From Candidatus Omnitrophica bacterium UBA6215 (GTDB taxonomy: Bacteria; Omnitrophota; Gorgyraeia; Pluralincolimonadales; Pluralincolimonadaceae): DNA of 64,000 nt. A model generated the notes under the pieces. That model was not told the DNA's origin. It saw only the letters and a list, made by a program, of their open reading frames with translations, and searched no databases. Below, piece by piece: positions 1 through 8,808 of this stretch. The stretch's first letter is position 1, and every line of letters begins with the position of its first letter. The stretch covers positions 78,092 to 142,091 of the forward strand of contig DISH01000005.1 in the NCBI GenBank assembly GCA_002421665.1, read 5' to 3'. Made by a program: the position numbers and the translations under genes.

Positions 1-114
1 TTTGCCATGGTCATGGCGGGAGCAGTGGTAGCGACCTTGCCCGTCCTTATCGTGTTTATTGCTTTCCAGAAGTATTTCATAAAAGGAATAGCGCTTACAG
101 GGTTAAAGGCCTGA
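1..114 (+). CDS. Carbohydrate ABC transporter permease, C-terminal fragment (MalG/UgpE-like)
   Basis: Frame 1 translates to FAMVMAGAVVATLPVLIVFIAFQKYFIKGIALTGLKA* (stop at 112-114), which is the characteristic C-terminal tail of sugar ABC inner-membrane permeases. The 5' end is truncated by the window edge. Confidence 0.75.
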   Translation, partial: FAMVMAGAVVATLPVLIVFIAFQKYFIKGIALTGLKA

Positions 115-140
115 AAAGCCTTGAAGTTGCCCTATGGGAT

Positions 141-154
141 TGTTATCGCTAACA
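141..154 (+). promoter_or_regulatory. LacI/CcpA-type palindromic operator TGTTATCGCTAACA
   Basis: 14-bp near-palindrome matching the LacI-family/cre consensus TGWNANCGNTNWCA at every constrained position. It abuts the -35 box of the lacI-GH2 promoter. Confidence 0.5.
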
Positions 155-183
155 TTGACAAAGCACGGTTAATCGTGTAAACT
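155..183 (+). promoter_or_regulatory. Putative sigma70 promoter (TTGACA-N17-TAAACT) for the LacI-GH2 operon
   Basis: Perfect -35 hexamer TTGACA at 155-160, a 17-nt spacer, then TAAACT at 178-183, about 20 nt upstream of the lacI ATG at 205. Confidence 0.45.
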
Positions 184-204
184 TTATCGAAGGGTCAAGA
201 GACC

Positions 205-1230
205 ATGAAACGTTTCGAAAAGTCCAGTATAACTATAAAAGACATAGCCAAAAAGGCCGGTGTCGCGCACTCTACCGTCTCTCTTGTTATGAACGACCGT
301 GAACACGTGTCGCCCAAGCTGCGCGAAAAGATACTGAAGATAGCCAATGAGATGGGCTATATGCCTAACATGGTAGCCCGCAGCCTTATAAGCAAGAAAT
401 CCTCCACGGTGGGCGTAGTCTTTCCCGAGAACCCGCATTTTTTCACCATAACGTACTTCCTTATGATAATCGAGGGTATACAGAATGCCTGCAAGAAATA
501 TAATAGGGCGCTTATGTTCTTCAGCCTTGACCAGACCAAGGGCGAGTCATATTACCAGATCTCCAGAAAGTGGCTCATCGACCTCATGATAATAATGAAC
601 GTAGACTATACCAGGGACATCTCCAAGGACATCCAGGACTTGAGGGATAACGGCATTTACTTCTCTTTCCTGACTAAGTATCTCGGGAAAGAAAAGGTCA
701 ATTCGGTATGCGTGGATAATTATGAGGGCGTCAGGATGGTGCTTGAGCATCTTGCCTCGCAGGGCCATAAACGAGTAGGTTATATCGCGGGTAATCCTAA
801 TTCGGCCGACGGTCCCGAGAGGACCCAGGCATACAAGGCCTTATATAAGAAGATGGGTTTAGACCAGGACGAGGAACTCATTGTCCAGGGTGATTTTACC
901 TTTGAGAGCGGAGAGAGGGAAGCCCCTAAGCTCCTGGACCTCAAGAAGCCCCCTACCGCGATATTCGCCGCTAGCGACTATATGGCGATAGGCGCTATGA
1001 GGGTGATCAAGGAACGCGGACTTTCCATACCGGGAGATATCGCAGTTATGGGTTTCGACAACACCCTGGAAGCTGCTTACGTTGAGCCTGCCCTTACCAC
1101 CATAAGGCAGCCGCTGCAGGAGATGGGAGAGAAAGCCGTAGACCTGGCTATACGTTCCATGAATGACGAGAGTTTTGAACCGCAGTCACTTGCCATTAAA
1201 CCGGAGCTCATAAAGAGACAATCATGCTGA
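205..1230 (+). CDS. LacI-family transcriptional regulator
   Basis: N-terminal HTH IKDIAKKAGVAHSTVSLVMN followed by a periplasmic-binding-protein-like sugar-binding fold. The stop overlaps the start of the downstream GH2 gene. Confidence 0.9.
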   Translation: MKRFEKSSITIKDIAKKAGVAHSTVSLVMNDREHVSPKLREKILKIANEMGYMPNMVARSLISKKSSTVGVVFPENPHFFTITYFLMIIEGIQNACKKYNRALMFFSLDQTKGESYYQISRKWLIDLMIIMNVDYTRDISKDIQDLRDNGIYFSFLTKYLGKEKVNSVCVDNYEGVRMVLEHLASQGHKRVGYIAGNPNSADGPERTQAYKALYKKMGLDQDEELIVQGDFTFESGEREAPKLLDLKKPPTAIFAASDYMAIGAMRVIKERGLSIPGDIAVMGFDNTLEAAYVEPALTTIRQPLQEMGEKAVDLAIRSMNDESFEPQSLAIKPELIKRQSC

Positions 1231-4200
1231 AAAAAATCTTTAGCCAAGCGGTGTATCATGTCCTTTTAGCCCTTATTTTATCTTCCGTGCCGGCATTCGC
1301 AGCGGCCCAGCCCGAGGCCGAAGAAAAGACGCAACCGCCCACTTTTGAGATAAAACAGATAGACGAGGTCTTTGTCCCCTTCCAGAACGGCATACCATAT
1401 CCTTCATGGGAAAGGCAGGAGCGTGAATATATAGACCTGGACGGGCAATGGAGATCGCAGCGCCAGGCAGTAGACCATAAACTTACCCTTTCCGAGAGGA
1501 CCTCGGAGGGTATAACCAGGGTGGAACAGGAGGGCGCGGGAAGGCAGAAACCGGATTATGACGATAAGGCATGGAATGACAAAACCATCCCCGGGGTGGA
1601 GAATCCCGCTCCCGATAGATATATGGACGGCGTCTGGTACAGGCGTCATTTCGAAGTGCCTGCGGATGCCGCGGGCAAATACGTCAAGCTTATGTTCGAA
1701 GCCGCCAACTATTTTACCGACGTGTGGGTCAACGGGAAATGGGTAGGCTGCCACGAAGGCGGGTATACGCCGTTCGCTTTCGACGTAAGCAAATACCTGA
1801 ATTACGGCAAGGATAACGTTATCGCGGTAAGGGTAGATAACATCCCCTGGATACCTCACGGCGACAGTTCATCGGAGGCGCAGAGGACCAACGGGCATAA
1901 CATAATCCCGTATGCGACTTGCGACTGGTGGAATTACGGCGGCATAACCAGGGATGTCTATCTTGAGATCTCCCCCGCAGTCTCGGTCGTCCGCGCCGAC
2001 ATAAAGGCAAAGCCGGCCGGCGAGAAGGATTCAGAGGTCAACGTAAACGTTACCGTCTATAACAACGGCGATTCGGAAATAACCGTCCCGGTCTCTATCA
2101 GGGTCCTCGGCACCAACATGAGGCAGAAGGACATAGAGACCGTTAATGCCAAAAAATTATCATCGAACAGGACAATGTCGGTAAAAGGCGATACTTCCAG
2201 GGAGATAACGCTCAAGCCCGGCGAGGCACGGGCGGCAAGTTTTTCGCTTACTTCCGGTGCGCTGAAGTTCTGGTCGCCTGAATCCCCGGAGCTCTATGTC
2301 CTGCAGGTTACGTTAGGCGATAAAAAGAGGAAACTGGATGATTTCTATACGCAGTTTGGGATCAGACAGGTCCAGGTTGACAAGGCGAGTTCAAAGATAC
2401 TCCTTAACGGGAAAGAGATATTCCTGCGCGGTATCGCCAGGCATGAGGCTTTCTACGGAGAGCCCGGCCCTCCGGATTTCGGCCCTTTAAGGGTGGCCGG
2501 GGATTTCGGGTTTGTTAAGGAAGCGAACGCGAATTTTGTCAGGACCGCCCATTACCCTAACCAGCAGCAGACGTATGTGATAGCTGACAGGATGGGATTG
2601 CTTATATGGGAAGAGATCCCGGTCTTCTGGTTCGGAGGACCCGAATTCATGATGCAGAAGAACGTGCGCGGTATCGCCAGGCAGATGTGGCTTGAGATGA
2701 TATACCGTGACTACAACAGGCCGTCCATAATAATACTGGGTACATGCAACGAATGCAGCTGGCAGAAAGAGAGGGCCGACTTCATAAAGGACCTCAAGGA
2801 CAACGCCTCGAAGGTCGACGGCACCCGCCTCGTTGCCCAGTCTGCTTCGGGCAGTGATCCTACGGACGCGACCCAAAAGGAATGCGACGTGATCGGTTTC
2901 ACCACTTATTATGGGATATTCTACGGCAGCTCTTATTATACGGACACGAAAGAGGCCCTCGAAAAGACGCATAAGGCCTTTCCCGGTAAACCTATCGTAT
3001 CCACCGAATACGGCATATGGTCGGCCTATGGGGATGTCCCGCAGGAGAGGATGCAGGTCGATGTCGCGAAAGACACTTTCGCGGCGTTCGCCGAACTTCC
3101 TTTTGTGGCCGGCTCCGCCTGGTGGACCCTTGCCGATTGGCATACTATGATAACCGAGCCCCAGCACATGGGACTCTTGACCATCGACAGGAAGTCGCAA
3201 AAGCCCGTTTATTTCCAGATCCAGAAGCAGCATGCCACCCTTTTGGGCGACCTCTCGGTGAACCTGAAGGAGCCGAAGGATGACGATACCGTAAAAGGCA
3301 AGATACGTATATCTGCGGAAATAAAAGGCAAAGAGAAGCCGCAATTTATAGATCTTATAGTCGAAGGCAAGGAGCTCGGCAGGCTTTCTCAGAAGAAAGA
3401 TATCTCCCAGATGGATTTAGATACATCCAAGCTGCCTGACGGTCCGAATACGCTTATAGTGCGCGCAAAGAGCAAGCAGGGATATTACGTCTCGGATTTT
3501 GTCAGGATAAATGTTGACAATAACGATGAACCTCCGGTCCTGGATATAACCGTTAAGGACGGCGACCTTGTTATGGGGCGTGTAGCGCTTAGCGCGATAG
3601 CTTCAGACGACAGGGATACCCCGAAGGTCACTTACTCTATAGACGGGTCGGAACCCAAGAGAATGTCCAACCCCTCTGAGAATTCTTACCAGGCGGAATG
3701 GGACGCATCCGGGCTCGCTGACGGGTCGATGCATGAATTGACCTTTACCGCCGCGGACTCGTCCGGGCAGACTGTCGAGAAGAAAGTTACCGTTAAGATC
3801 GATAACAAGCCCGGAAGGTATGTTGAGCTGCCCTTCGACCACGACTGGATATCAAACAACGGGAAATATACGGACGGGACGGGATGGGATTTCGCGGCTG
3901 AAGACCTGCCTGCTTCGAATTCGGAATTTATCTTCAACGGCGCTGATAAGGTAAAATTCAAGTTCGGCGACAAGGCCGACGGCGCGTTGAACAATGTTGA
4001 ATGCGCGAAGCAGAAGATATCTTTCTCGCCCGGATATTACAGCAAGGTCTATATACTCGGGTCGATGCATGACGGCGGCGCCAGGTGTCCGTTCCTGCTC
4101 AATTATACCGACGGGACCCAAGAGAAAGTCCTTGCCGGATTCTCTGACTGGTGGGGCGGAAACCCGGTTTTCGGCGAGGCCGTTGCGATAAAGACCACCC

Positions 4201-5813
4201 ACCATCATGAGGCCAGCGGCGAAAGGAAACCGGGCTCAGGGATATACATGCAGACGATCGAGCCTGACAGCAAGAAAGTCCTGTCTTCAATAATACTGCC
4301 TGCCGAGCCGAAATTGCACGTATTTGCCATGACGCTTGAAGGGGAAGAGTGCAATGACGCTGTACCGGAGCCTTCCATACTTGAGCCCCGGGCGAACGCG
4401 TCGGTCGGGGATATCGTCAGGATAGTTGCCGAAGATACGGAGAGCGATATATCAAAGATGGAATATTCGGTAGATTCCGGCGAATGGCTGCCTATGAAGG
4501 CTGAAGCCGAAGGAAAGTATACCGCGGAATGGGACACGACAAAAACCGGCCGCATAGAACACTCGATAAAGATCAAGGCTACGGATAAGATAGGCCAGAT
4601 AAGCGTAAAAGGCATAGATGTAAGGGTCATAAACCGCGTTACCATAATATTCCCGTTCGAGGGTGCCAGTATCTATAAGACCGCGAACATAATGGTAGAG
4701 CCGAGAGCCAACAGGGAAGCGGAGAAGATCGAATTTTCGGTGGATAACGGGGTTTTTGTCGCCATGCCCCTTTCAGGGATGGGTCTTTATACAGCGGAAT
4801 GGGATACGCAAGGATATAAACCGGGTTCAAACCATTTGCTCGTGGTCAGGGAGTATGAAAAAGGCGGCGCCGTTACGATAGATACCGTAAAGGTAAGCAC
4901 GGATTCCATAAACGTCCTGATAGCAGAGCCGATAAAGGGCCATTCCATAAAAGTGGATAAGAATATCCGGGACTGGGTAGGGGTGCCTTCGGAACAGGAG
5001 AACACGGCCACGGTAAATAACGGTGAATTTATCTGGAAAGACGCCAAGGATGACGATACCGGCAACGGTCATTACACCTATCCCACCAATAAAGCGCTCA
5101 AGAAAGGCTGCGACCTTAAGGAGTTCAGGGTCACGTTCGACGATAATAACCTGTATTTATTGATCAAGGCGGACAGGCCCGGAGATTTCTGGGCGCCTTA
5201 CAGGATAATAGGCATAGACACCGACGGGGCCAAAGGGGGCAAAGGCGGGACACAGGTCCTTGCTGAAGGGGATATGGACGATGTAGGTCCGGACAGGGGT
5301 TCATACGGAGAGATAAAGGTTGCCCCGGAACTGGCCTGCGAATATGTCATAGGTATCTATAATTCATATAAGGGCAGGATATGGGAGGCGGGGAAAGACG
5401 GCACGGGTAAATTGATCGCCCGCAAAGAAGCACAGCCGGATGATACGAAGGGTTTCAAGGTGGATGATTGCAACTGGAGCTCTGTTGAGGTCGCCATCCC
5501 CTGGAAATTGCTGGGCGGGGTGCCTTACGGGCAGACATGGAGATTTATTGTAGGGATAGGCCAGCAGGACAACGACACTTTCAGGGAAATAGAGAAGGAT
5601 GCGTCGGAATGGCGCGGCGGCGGCGGCGAATCCAGCGATATCTTCGGGCCTGATCCCGATGTGTATGATATAGCCAGCCCGGACAAGAAAACCCAGGAGT
5701 TCGAGCTACGCGGTTATGATCCGCAAAGCGATCCCGGCGATCCCGAAGGATTTGCCACTATAACAAAATCATATCTGGTTGTGACCTTCAGCGAAGCGCA
5801 GCAGAAACAATAG
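1224..5813 (+). CDS. Secreted multidomain glycoside hydrolase family 2 (beta-galactosidase/beta-glucuronidase-like) with Ig-like repeats and a C-terminal domain shared with the downstream paralogs
   Basis: Signal peptide at the N-terminus. GH2 motifs include NGKWVGCHEGGYTPFAFDVS and the TIM-barrel region HYPNQQQTYVIADRMGLLIWEEIP. Three Ig-like repeats each carry an AEWD motif (YQAEWDASG, YTAEWDTTK, YTAEWDTQG). The last ~295 aa (from GHSIKVDKNIRDW) are homologous to the ORFs at 5829, 6841 and 7831. Confidence 0.9.
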   Translation: MLKKIFSQAVYHVLLALILSSVPAFAAAQPEAEEKTQPPTFEIKQIDEVFVPFQNGIPYPSWERQEREYIDLDGQWRSQRQAVDHKLTLSERTSEGITRVEQEGAGRQKPDYDDKAWNDKTIPGVENPAPDRYMDGVWYRRHFEVPADAAGKYVKLMFEAANYFTDVWVNGKWVGCHEGGYTPFAFDVSKYLNYGKDNVIAVRVDNIPWIPHGDSSSEAQRTNGHNIIPYATCDWWNYGGITRDVYLEISPAVSVVRADIKAKPAGEKDSEVNVNVTVYNNGDSEITVPVSIRVLGTNMRQKDIETVNAKKLSSNRTMSVKGDTSREITLKPGEARAASFSLTSGALKFWSPESPELYVLQVTLGDKKRKLDDFYTQFGIRQVQVDKASSKILLNGKEIFLRGIARHEAFYGEPGPPDFGPLRVAGDFGFVKEANANFVRTAHYPNQQQTYVIADRMGLLIWEEIPVFWFGGPEFMMQKNVRGIARQMWLEMIYRDYNRPSIIILGTCNECSWQKERADFIKDLKDNASKVDGTRLVAQSASGSDPTDATQKECDVIGFTTYYGIFYGSSYYTDTKEALEKTHKAFPGKPIVSTEYGIWSAYGDVPQERMQVDVAKDTFAAFAELPFVAGSAWWTLADWHTMITEPQHMGLLTIDRKSQKPVYFQIQKQHATLLGDLSVNLKEPKDDDTVKGKIRISAEIKGKEKPQFIDLIVEGKELGRLSQKKDISQMDLDTSKLPDGPNTLIVRAKSKQGYYVSDFVRINVDNNDEPPVLDITVKDGDLVMGRVALSAIASDDRDTPKVTYSIDGSEPKRMSNPSENSYQAEWDASGLADGSMHELTFTAADSSGQTVEKKVTVKIDNKPGRYVELPFDHDWISNNGKYTDGTGWDFAAEDLPASNSEFIFNGADKVKFKFGDKADGALNNVECAKQKISFSPGYYSKVYILGSMHDGGARCPFLLNYTDGTQEKVLAGFSDWWGGNPVFGEAVAIKTTHHHEASGERKPGSGIYMQTIEPDSKKVLSSIILPAEPKLHVFAMTLEGEECNDAVPEPSILEPRANASVGDIVRIVAEDTESDISKMEYSVDSGEWLPMKAEAEGKYTAEWDTTKTGRIEHSIKIKATDKIGQISVKGIDVRVINRVTIIFPFEGASIYKTANIMVEPRANREAEKIEFSVDNGVFVAMPLSGMGLYTAEWDTQGYKPGSNHLLVVREYEKGGAVTIDTVKVSTDSINVLIAEPIKGHSIKVDKNIRDWVGVPSEQENTATVNNGEFIWKDAKDDDTGNGHYTYPTNKALKKGCDLKEFRVTFDDNNLYLLIKADRPGDFWAPYRIIGIDTDGAKGGKGGTQVLAEGDMDDVGPDRGSYGEIKVAPELACEYVIGIYNSYKGRIWEAGKDGTGKLIARKEAQPDDTKGFKVDDCNWSSVEVAIPWKLLGGVPYGQTWRFIVGIGQQDNDTFREIEKDASEWRGGGGESSDIFGPDPDVYDIASPDKKTQEFELRGYDPQSDPGDPEGFATITKSYLVVTFSEAQQKQ

Positions 5814-5828
5814 CTTGGAGGCGGTATT

Positions 5829-6812
5829 ATGGCGGTTTTGTTCTTTGTCCTGTTTGTCGTTTTTTCTGGTCCGTGCTTTGCGCAGTCGGGATCAGATGCA
5901 GTAAAAGGCATGTCTCCCGAAGAAGCGGGCAATATAGCACTGTCCGGCCATAAGATAGAGGTTGATAAATCCCTCTTTGACTGGAAGGGCATACTGCCCG
6001 ATGAAGAGAACAGCGCTGCCGTCAACAACGGCGAATATATCTGGAGGGATGCTTCAGGGGACGACACCGGCAACGGCAGATATACATATCCTTTGGACAG
6101 GCAATTGAGGAAGGGGGCGGACCTCAAGGAATTCCGTATCACCTTCGATGAAGACAACCTGTATTTTTTCATAAAAACTAACAGGCCCGGAGATTGGTGG
6201 GTCCCGTACAGGATAGTCGGCATCGATACAGACGGAGCTTCCGGAGGCAAGGGCGGTACGGAAGTCCTGGCCCAGGGAGACATGGATGATTACAGCTTTG
6301 ATTCTGGAACGTTCGCCGAACTCAAAGTTGCCCCGGAACTGGCCTGCGAATACGTAGTGGCCGTATCTTCCACCTACAAGGGCAGGATATGGGATGCCTC
6401 GCAGGCAGGCGCATGCAAGCTTGTCGCCCTCAGGGACGACAGCCCTGACGATACACCAGGCTTCAGGATAGCGGATATGAATTGGAATACGCTGGAAGTG
6501 GCCATCCCGTGGTCGTTGATAGGCGGACGGCCCGAGAATAAGGCATATAGGTTCATAGTGGCAGTGGGCCAGCAGGATTATGATGTAGCCAGGGAGATAG
6601 AGGAAGTCGCTAACGAATGGCACGGAGGAGGTGGTGAGTCGAGCGAGGCCAATGGTGTCGACCCGGATGTCTTTGACCTGGCGGGCGCCGATAAGGCTAC
6701 CCAGGAGAGGGAACTTGGGAGCTTTAAGATGAGTGCGTCTCCGGGCGATACGCAAGGGTTCGCTACGATTGACAGATCATACCTTACGGTGAACTTCGGT
6801 CCAAAACAGTAG
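5829..6812 (+). CDS. Secreted protein, paralog A of the GH2 C-terminal domain family (uncharacterised; possible glycan-binding domain)
   Basis: Signal peptide MAVLFFVLFVVFSGPCFAQS. Conserved blocks NNGEYIWRDASGDDTGNGRYTYP, DLKEFRITFDEDNLYF, IVGIDTDGASGGKGGTEVLAQGDMDD and EWHGGGGESS are shared with the GH2 C-terminus and the two downstream ORFs. An SD sequence lies upstream. Confidence 0.85.
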   Translation: MAVLFFVLFVVFSGPCFAQSGSDAVKGMSPEEAGNIALSGHKIEVDKSLFDWKGILPDEENSAAVNNGEYIWRDASGDDTGNGRYTYPLDRQLRKGADLKEFRITFDEDNLYFFIKTNRPGDWWVPYRIVGIDTDGASGGKGGTEVLAQGDMDDYSFDSGTFAELKVAPELACEYVVAVSSTYKGRIWDASQAGACKLVALRDDSPDDTPGFRIADMNWNTLEVAIPWSLIGGRPENKAYRFIVAVGQQDYDVAREIEEVANEWHGGGGESSEANGVDPDVFDLAGADKATQERELGSFKMSASPGDTQGFATIDRSYLTVNFGPKQ

Positions 6813-6840
6813 CTTAATAATAAAAGAGGAGGTGGGTTAG

Positions 6841-7770
6841 ATGGGAAGAGTGTTGACAGTGCTGGTAGCTGTATTGGCGTTGTCATCGGTATGCTTCGCG
6901 GATGATGCCGTTAACGGCCATAAGATAGCCGTTGACGATAAGTCCGTACGCGACTGGAAGGGTACGGCGCCGGAACAGGAGAATACGTTCGTTGTAAGCG
7001 AAGGTGAGTACATCTGGAAGGATGCTTCCGGGGACGACACCGGCAACGGCAAGTATGTTTATCCGGAGAACAAGGCGCTCAAGAAGGGTGCCGATTTGAA
7101 AGAGTTCAGGGTAACTTTCGACAACGATAACCTGTATATGCTGTTCAAGACAGACAGGCCCGGAGATTGGTGGGTCCCGTACAGGATAGTCGGCATCGAT
7201 ACAGACGGAGCTTCCGGAGGCAAGGGCGGTACGGAAGTCCTGGCCCAGGGAGACATGGATGATTACAGCTTTGATTCTGGAACGTTCGCCGAACTCAAAG
7301 TTGCCCCGGAACTGGCCTGCGAATACGTAGTGGCCGTATCTTCCACCTACAAGGGCAGGATATGGGATGCCAAGGGTAAGTTGATTGCCCGCAAAGAAGC
7401 CCAACCGGACGATACTCCCGGTTTTAAGGTCGGTGACTACAACTGGAACGCCGTTGAAGTTGCTATTCCGTGGGAGCTCATCGGAGGTAAACCGGCCGAA
7501 GGCACCGCTTGGAGGCTGGTTGTAGCTACCGGTCAGCAGGATAACGACCTGGCGCGTGAAGTAGAAGAAGAAGTAAGCGAATACCGCGCCGGCGGCGGAG
7601 AGTCGAGCGAGGACAACGGTGTCGACCCGGATGTCTTTGACCTGGCGGGCGCCGACAAGGCTACCCAGGAGAAAGAACTTGCAAGCTATAAGGCTGACGG
7701 TGAGCCTGGCGACGCCAACAGCTTCGCCGTTATAAGTAAGTCGTTCCTGACTGTGAAATTCGGCAAGTAA
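6841..7770 (+). CDS. Secreted protein, paralog B of the same domain family
   Basis: Signal peptide MGRVLTVLVAVLALSSVCFA and the same conserved blocks. Nucleotides 7156-7375 are identical (about 220 bp) to 6181-6400 of paralog A. Confidence 0.85.
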   Translation: MGRVLTVLVAVLALSSVCFADDAVNGHKIAVDDKSVRDWKGTAPEQENTFVVSEGEYIWKDASGDDTGNGKYVYPENKALKKGADLKEFRVTFDNDNLYMLFKTDRPGDWWVPYRIVGIDTDGASGGKGGTEVLAQGDMDDYSFDSGTFAELKVAPELACEYVVAVSSTYKGRIWDAKGKLIARKEAQPDDTPGFKVGDYNWNAVEVAIPWELIGGKPAEGTAWRLVVATGQQDNDLAREVEEEVSEYRAGGGESSEDNGVDPDVFDLAGADKATQEKELASYKADGEPGDANSFAVISKSFLTVKFGK

Positions 7771-7789
7771 TATAGAGATAATTAAACCA

Positions 7790-7819
7790 CAGGAGGGGCC
7801 GTGATCCCGGCTCCTCCTG
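7790..7819 (+). other. GC-rich stem-loop (about 12 bp stem) between paralog B and C, immediately upstream of the paralog C SD
   Basis: CAGGAGGGGCCG ... CCCGGCTCCTCCTG pairs as an inverted repeat. No T-tract follows it. GAGG then lies 8 nt before the ATG at 7831. Confidence 0.4.
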
Positions 7820-7830
7820 AGAGGTATAAA

Positions 7831-8790
7831 ATGATAAAGAGATCGGCATTCTTCGCGTTACTTGTATTGTTTGTCGTGTATTTAGGCCCTGTATTTTCTT
7901 ATATAGGCGTAGGGTCATTATCCGGCCATTCTGTACGGGTAGACGGCTCGGTTGCAGACTGGGTCGGGACCCCTCCAGAAAAATATAATACCGCCATAAT
8001 AAGCAAAGGCGAGTATATATGGAAAGACGCCCTTAATGATGATACCGGTAACGGAAGATATACCTATCCGAAGAATCCCGCTTTCGCGAAAGCTGCCGAC
8101 CTGGAAGAATTCCGGATCACATGGGACTCAAAGAATATGTATTTTCTAATAAGATCGTCGCGTCCCGGCGACTGGTGGTCTCCCGTAAGGCTTATAGCCA
8201 TAGATACGGACGGGATGGGCGGGGGCAGGAGGGGAATGAAGGTCATACAGCAGGGCGACCTCAACTCCCTTGATGCCGATACCGGGACATTCGGGGAGCT
8301 TAGGGTATCTAATTCGCTTGCGGCGGATTATATCATATGTATCGCGGGAACCTATAAAGGCCGCATATGGGACGCGAAAGGCAATCTTGTAGCTAAGGCC
8401 ATAGGCGAAAAAACAGACACCAGGGGATTCAAGATCAAGGATTCCAATATGTGTGCCGTCGAGGTCCAGGTCCCGCTGAAGATACTCGGTAATCCGGCGG
8501 GTAAGACCTGGAGGTTCATAGTGGCAATGGGCACAGAGGACAAGGAACATCTCAGGGAGATACATAAAGAAGCCGATGATTGGTACGGCGGCGGCGGGGA
8601 AGATACTTTCTCCGAAGATGGCGTGGACCCCGATTACTATGATCTGGCGAGCCCCAGCCAGACGACGCAGGAGATAGAGCTATCGAGTTATAAGCCGAAC
8701 GCGCCGGCAGGCGATACGTCGGCTTTCGCGGTCATAGAGAAGTCATATCTTCAGGTCAAATTTTCCCCCTACTTGCAGGTTACTAAATAA
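7831..8790 (+). CDS. Secreted protein, paralog C (more divergent) of the same domain family
   Basis: Start taken at MIKRSAFFALLVLFVVYLGPVFS (signal peptide). The ORF-track start at 7801 reads through the upstream hairpin. Blocks GEYIWKDALNDDTGNGRYTYP, DLEEFRITWDSKNMYF, IDTDGMGGGRRGMKVIQQGDLN and DWYGGGGED are conserved. Confidence 0.8.
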   Translation: MIKRSAFFALLVLFVVYLGPVFSYIGVGSLSGHSVRVDGSVADWVGTPPEKYNTAIISKGEYIWKDALNDDTGNGRYTYPKNPAFAKAADLEEFRITWDSKNMYFLIRSSRPGDWWSPVRLIAIDTDGMGGGRRGMKVIQQGDLNSLDADTGTFGELRVSNSLAADYIICIAGTYKGRIWDAKGNLVAKAIGEKTDTRGFKIKDSNMCAVEVQVPLKILGNPAGKTWRFIVAMGTEDKEHLREIHKEADDWYGGGGEDTFSEDGVDPDYYDLASPSQTTQEIELSSYKPNAPAGDTSAFAVIEKSYLQVKFSPYLQVTK

Positions 8791-8808
8791 GACAGATTCT
8801 TATCTAAC

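Noticed and set aside
2487-3344. 285-aa antisense ORF (and many other minus-strand ORFs of 60-380 aa, e.g. 17464-18603, 41658-42683, 14052-14753) inside strongly supported plus-strand genes
   Set aside because: They lie entirely within genes with unambiguous homology (GH2, gltB, rplY/pth, GH35), have low-complexity or Arg/Pro/Ser-rich translations typical of the antisense frame of GC-rich coding DNA, and carry no RBS or start-codon support.
5714-7404. Pairs of near-identical antisense ORFs (5714-6283 / 7059-7256 and 6054-6755 / 6883-7404) that might look like a repeated gene family on the minus strand
   Set aside because: They are mirror images of the identical nucleotide tracts shared by the plus-strand paralogs A and B. 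The duplication is on the plus-strand genes, not separate minus-strand genes.
7801-7830. ORF-track start of paralog C at 7801 (MIPAPPERYK...)
   Set aside because: These codons form the 3' arm of a strong hairpin and precede the SD. The signal peptide and homology begin at the ATG at 7831.
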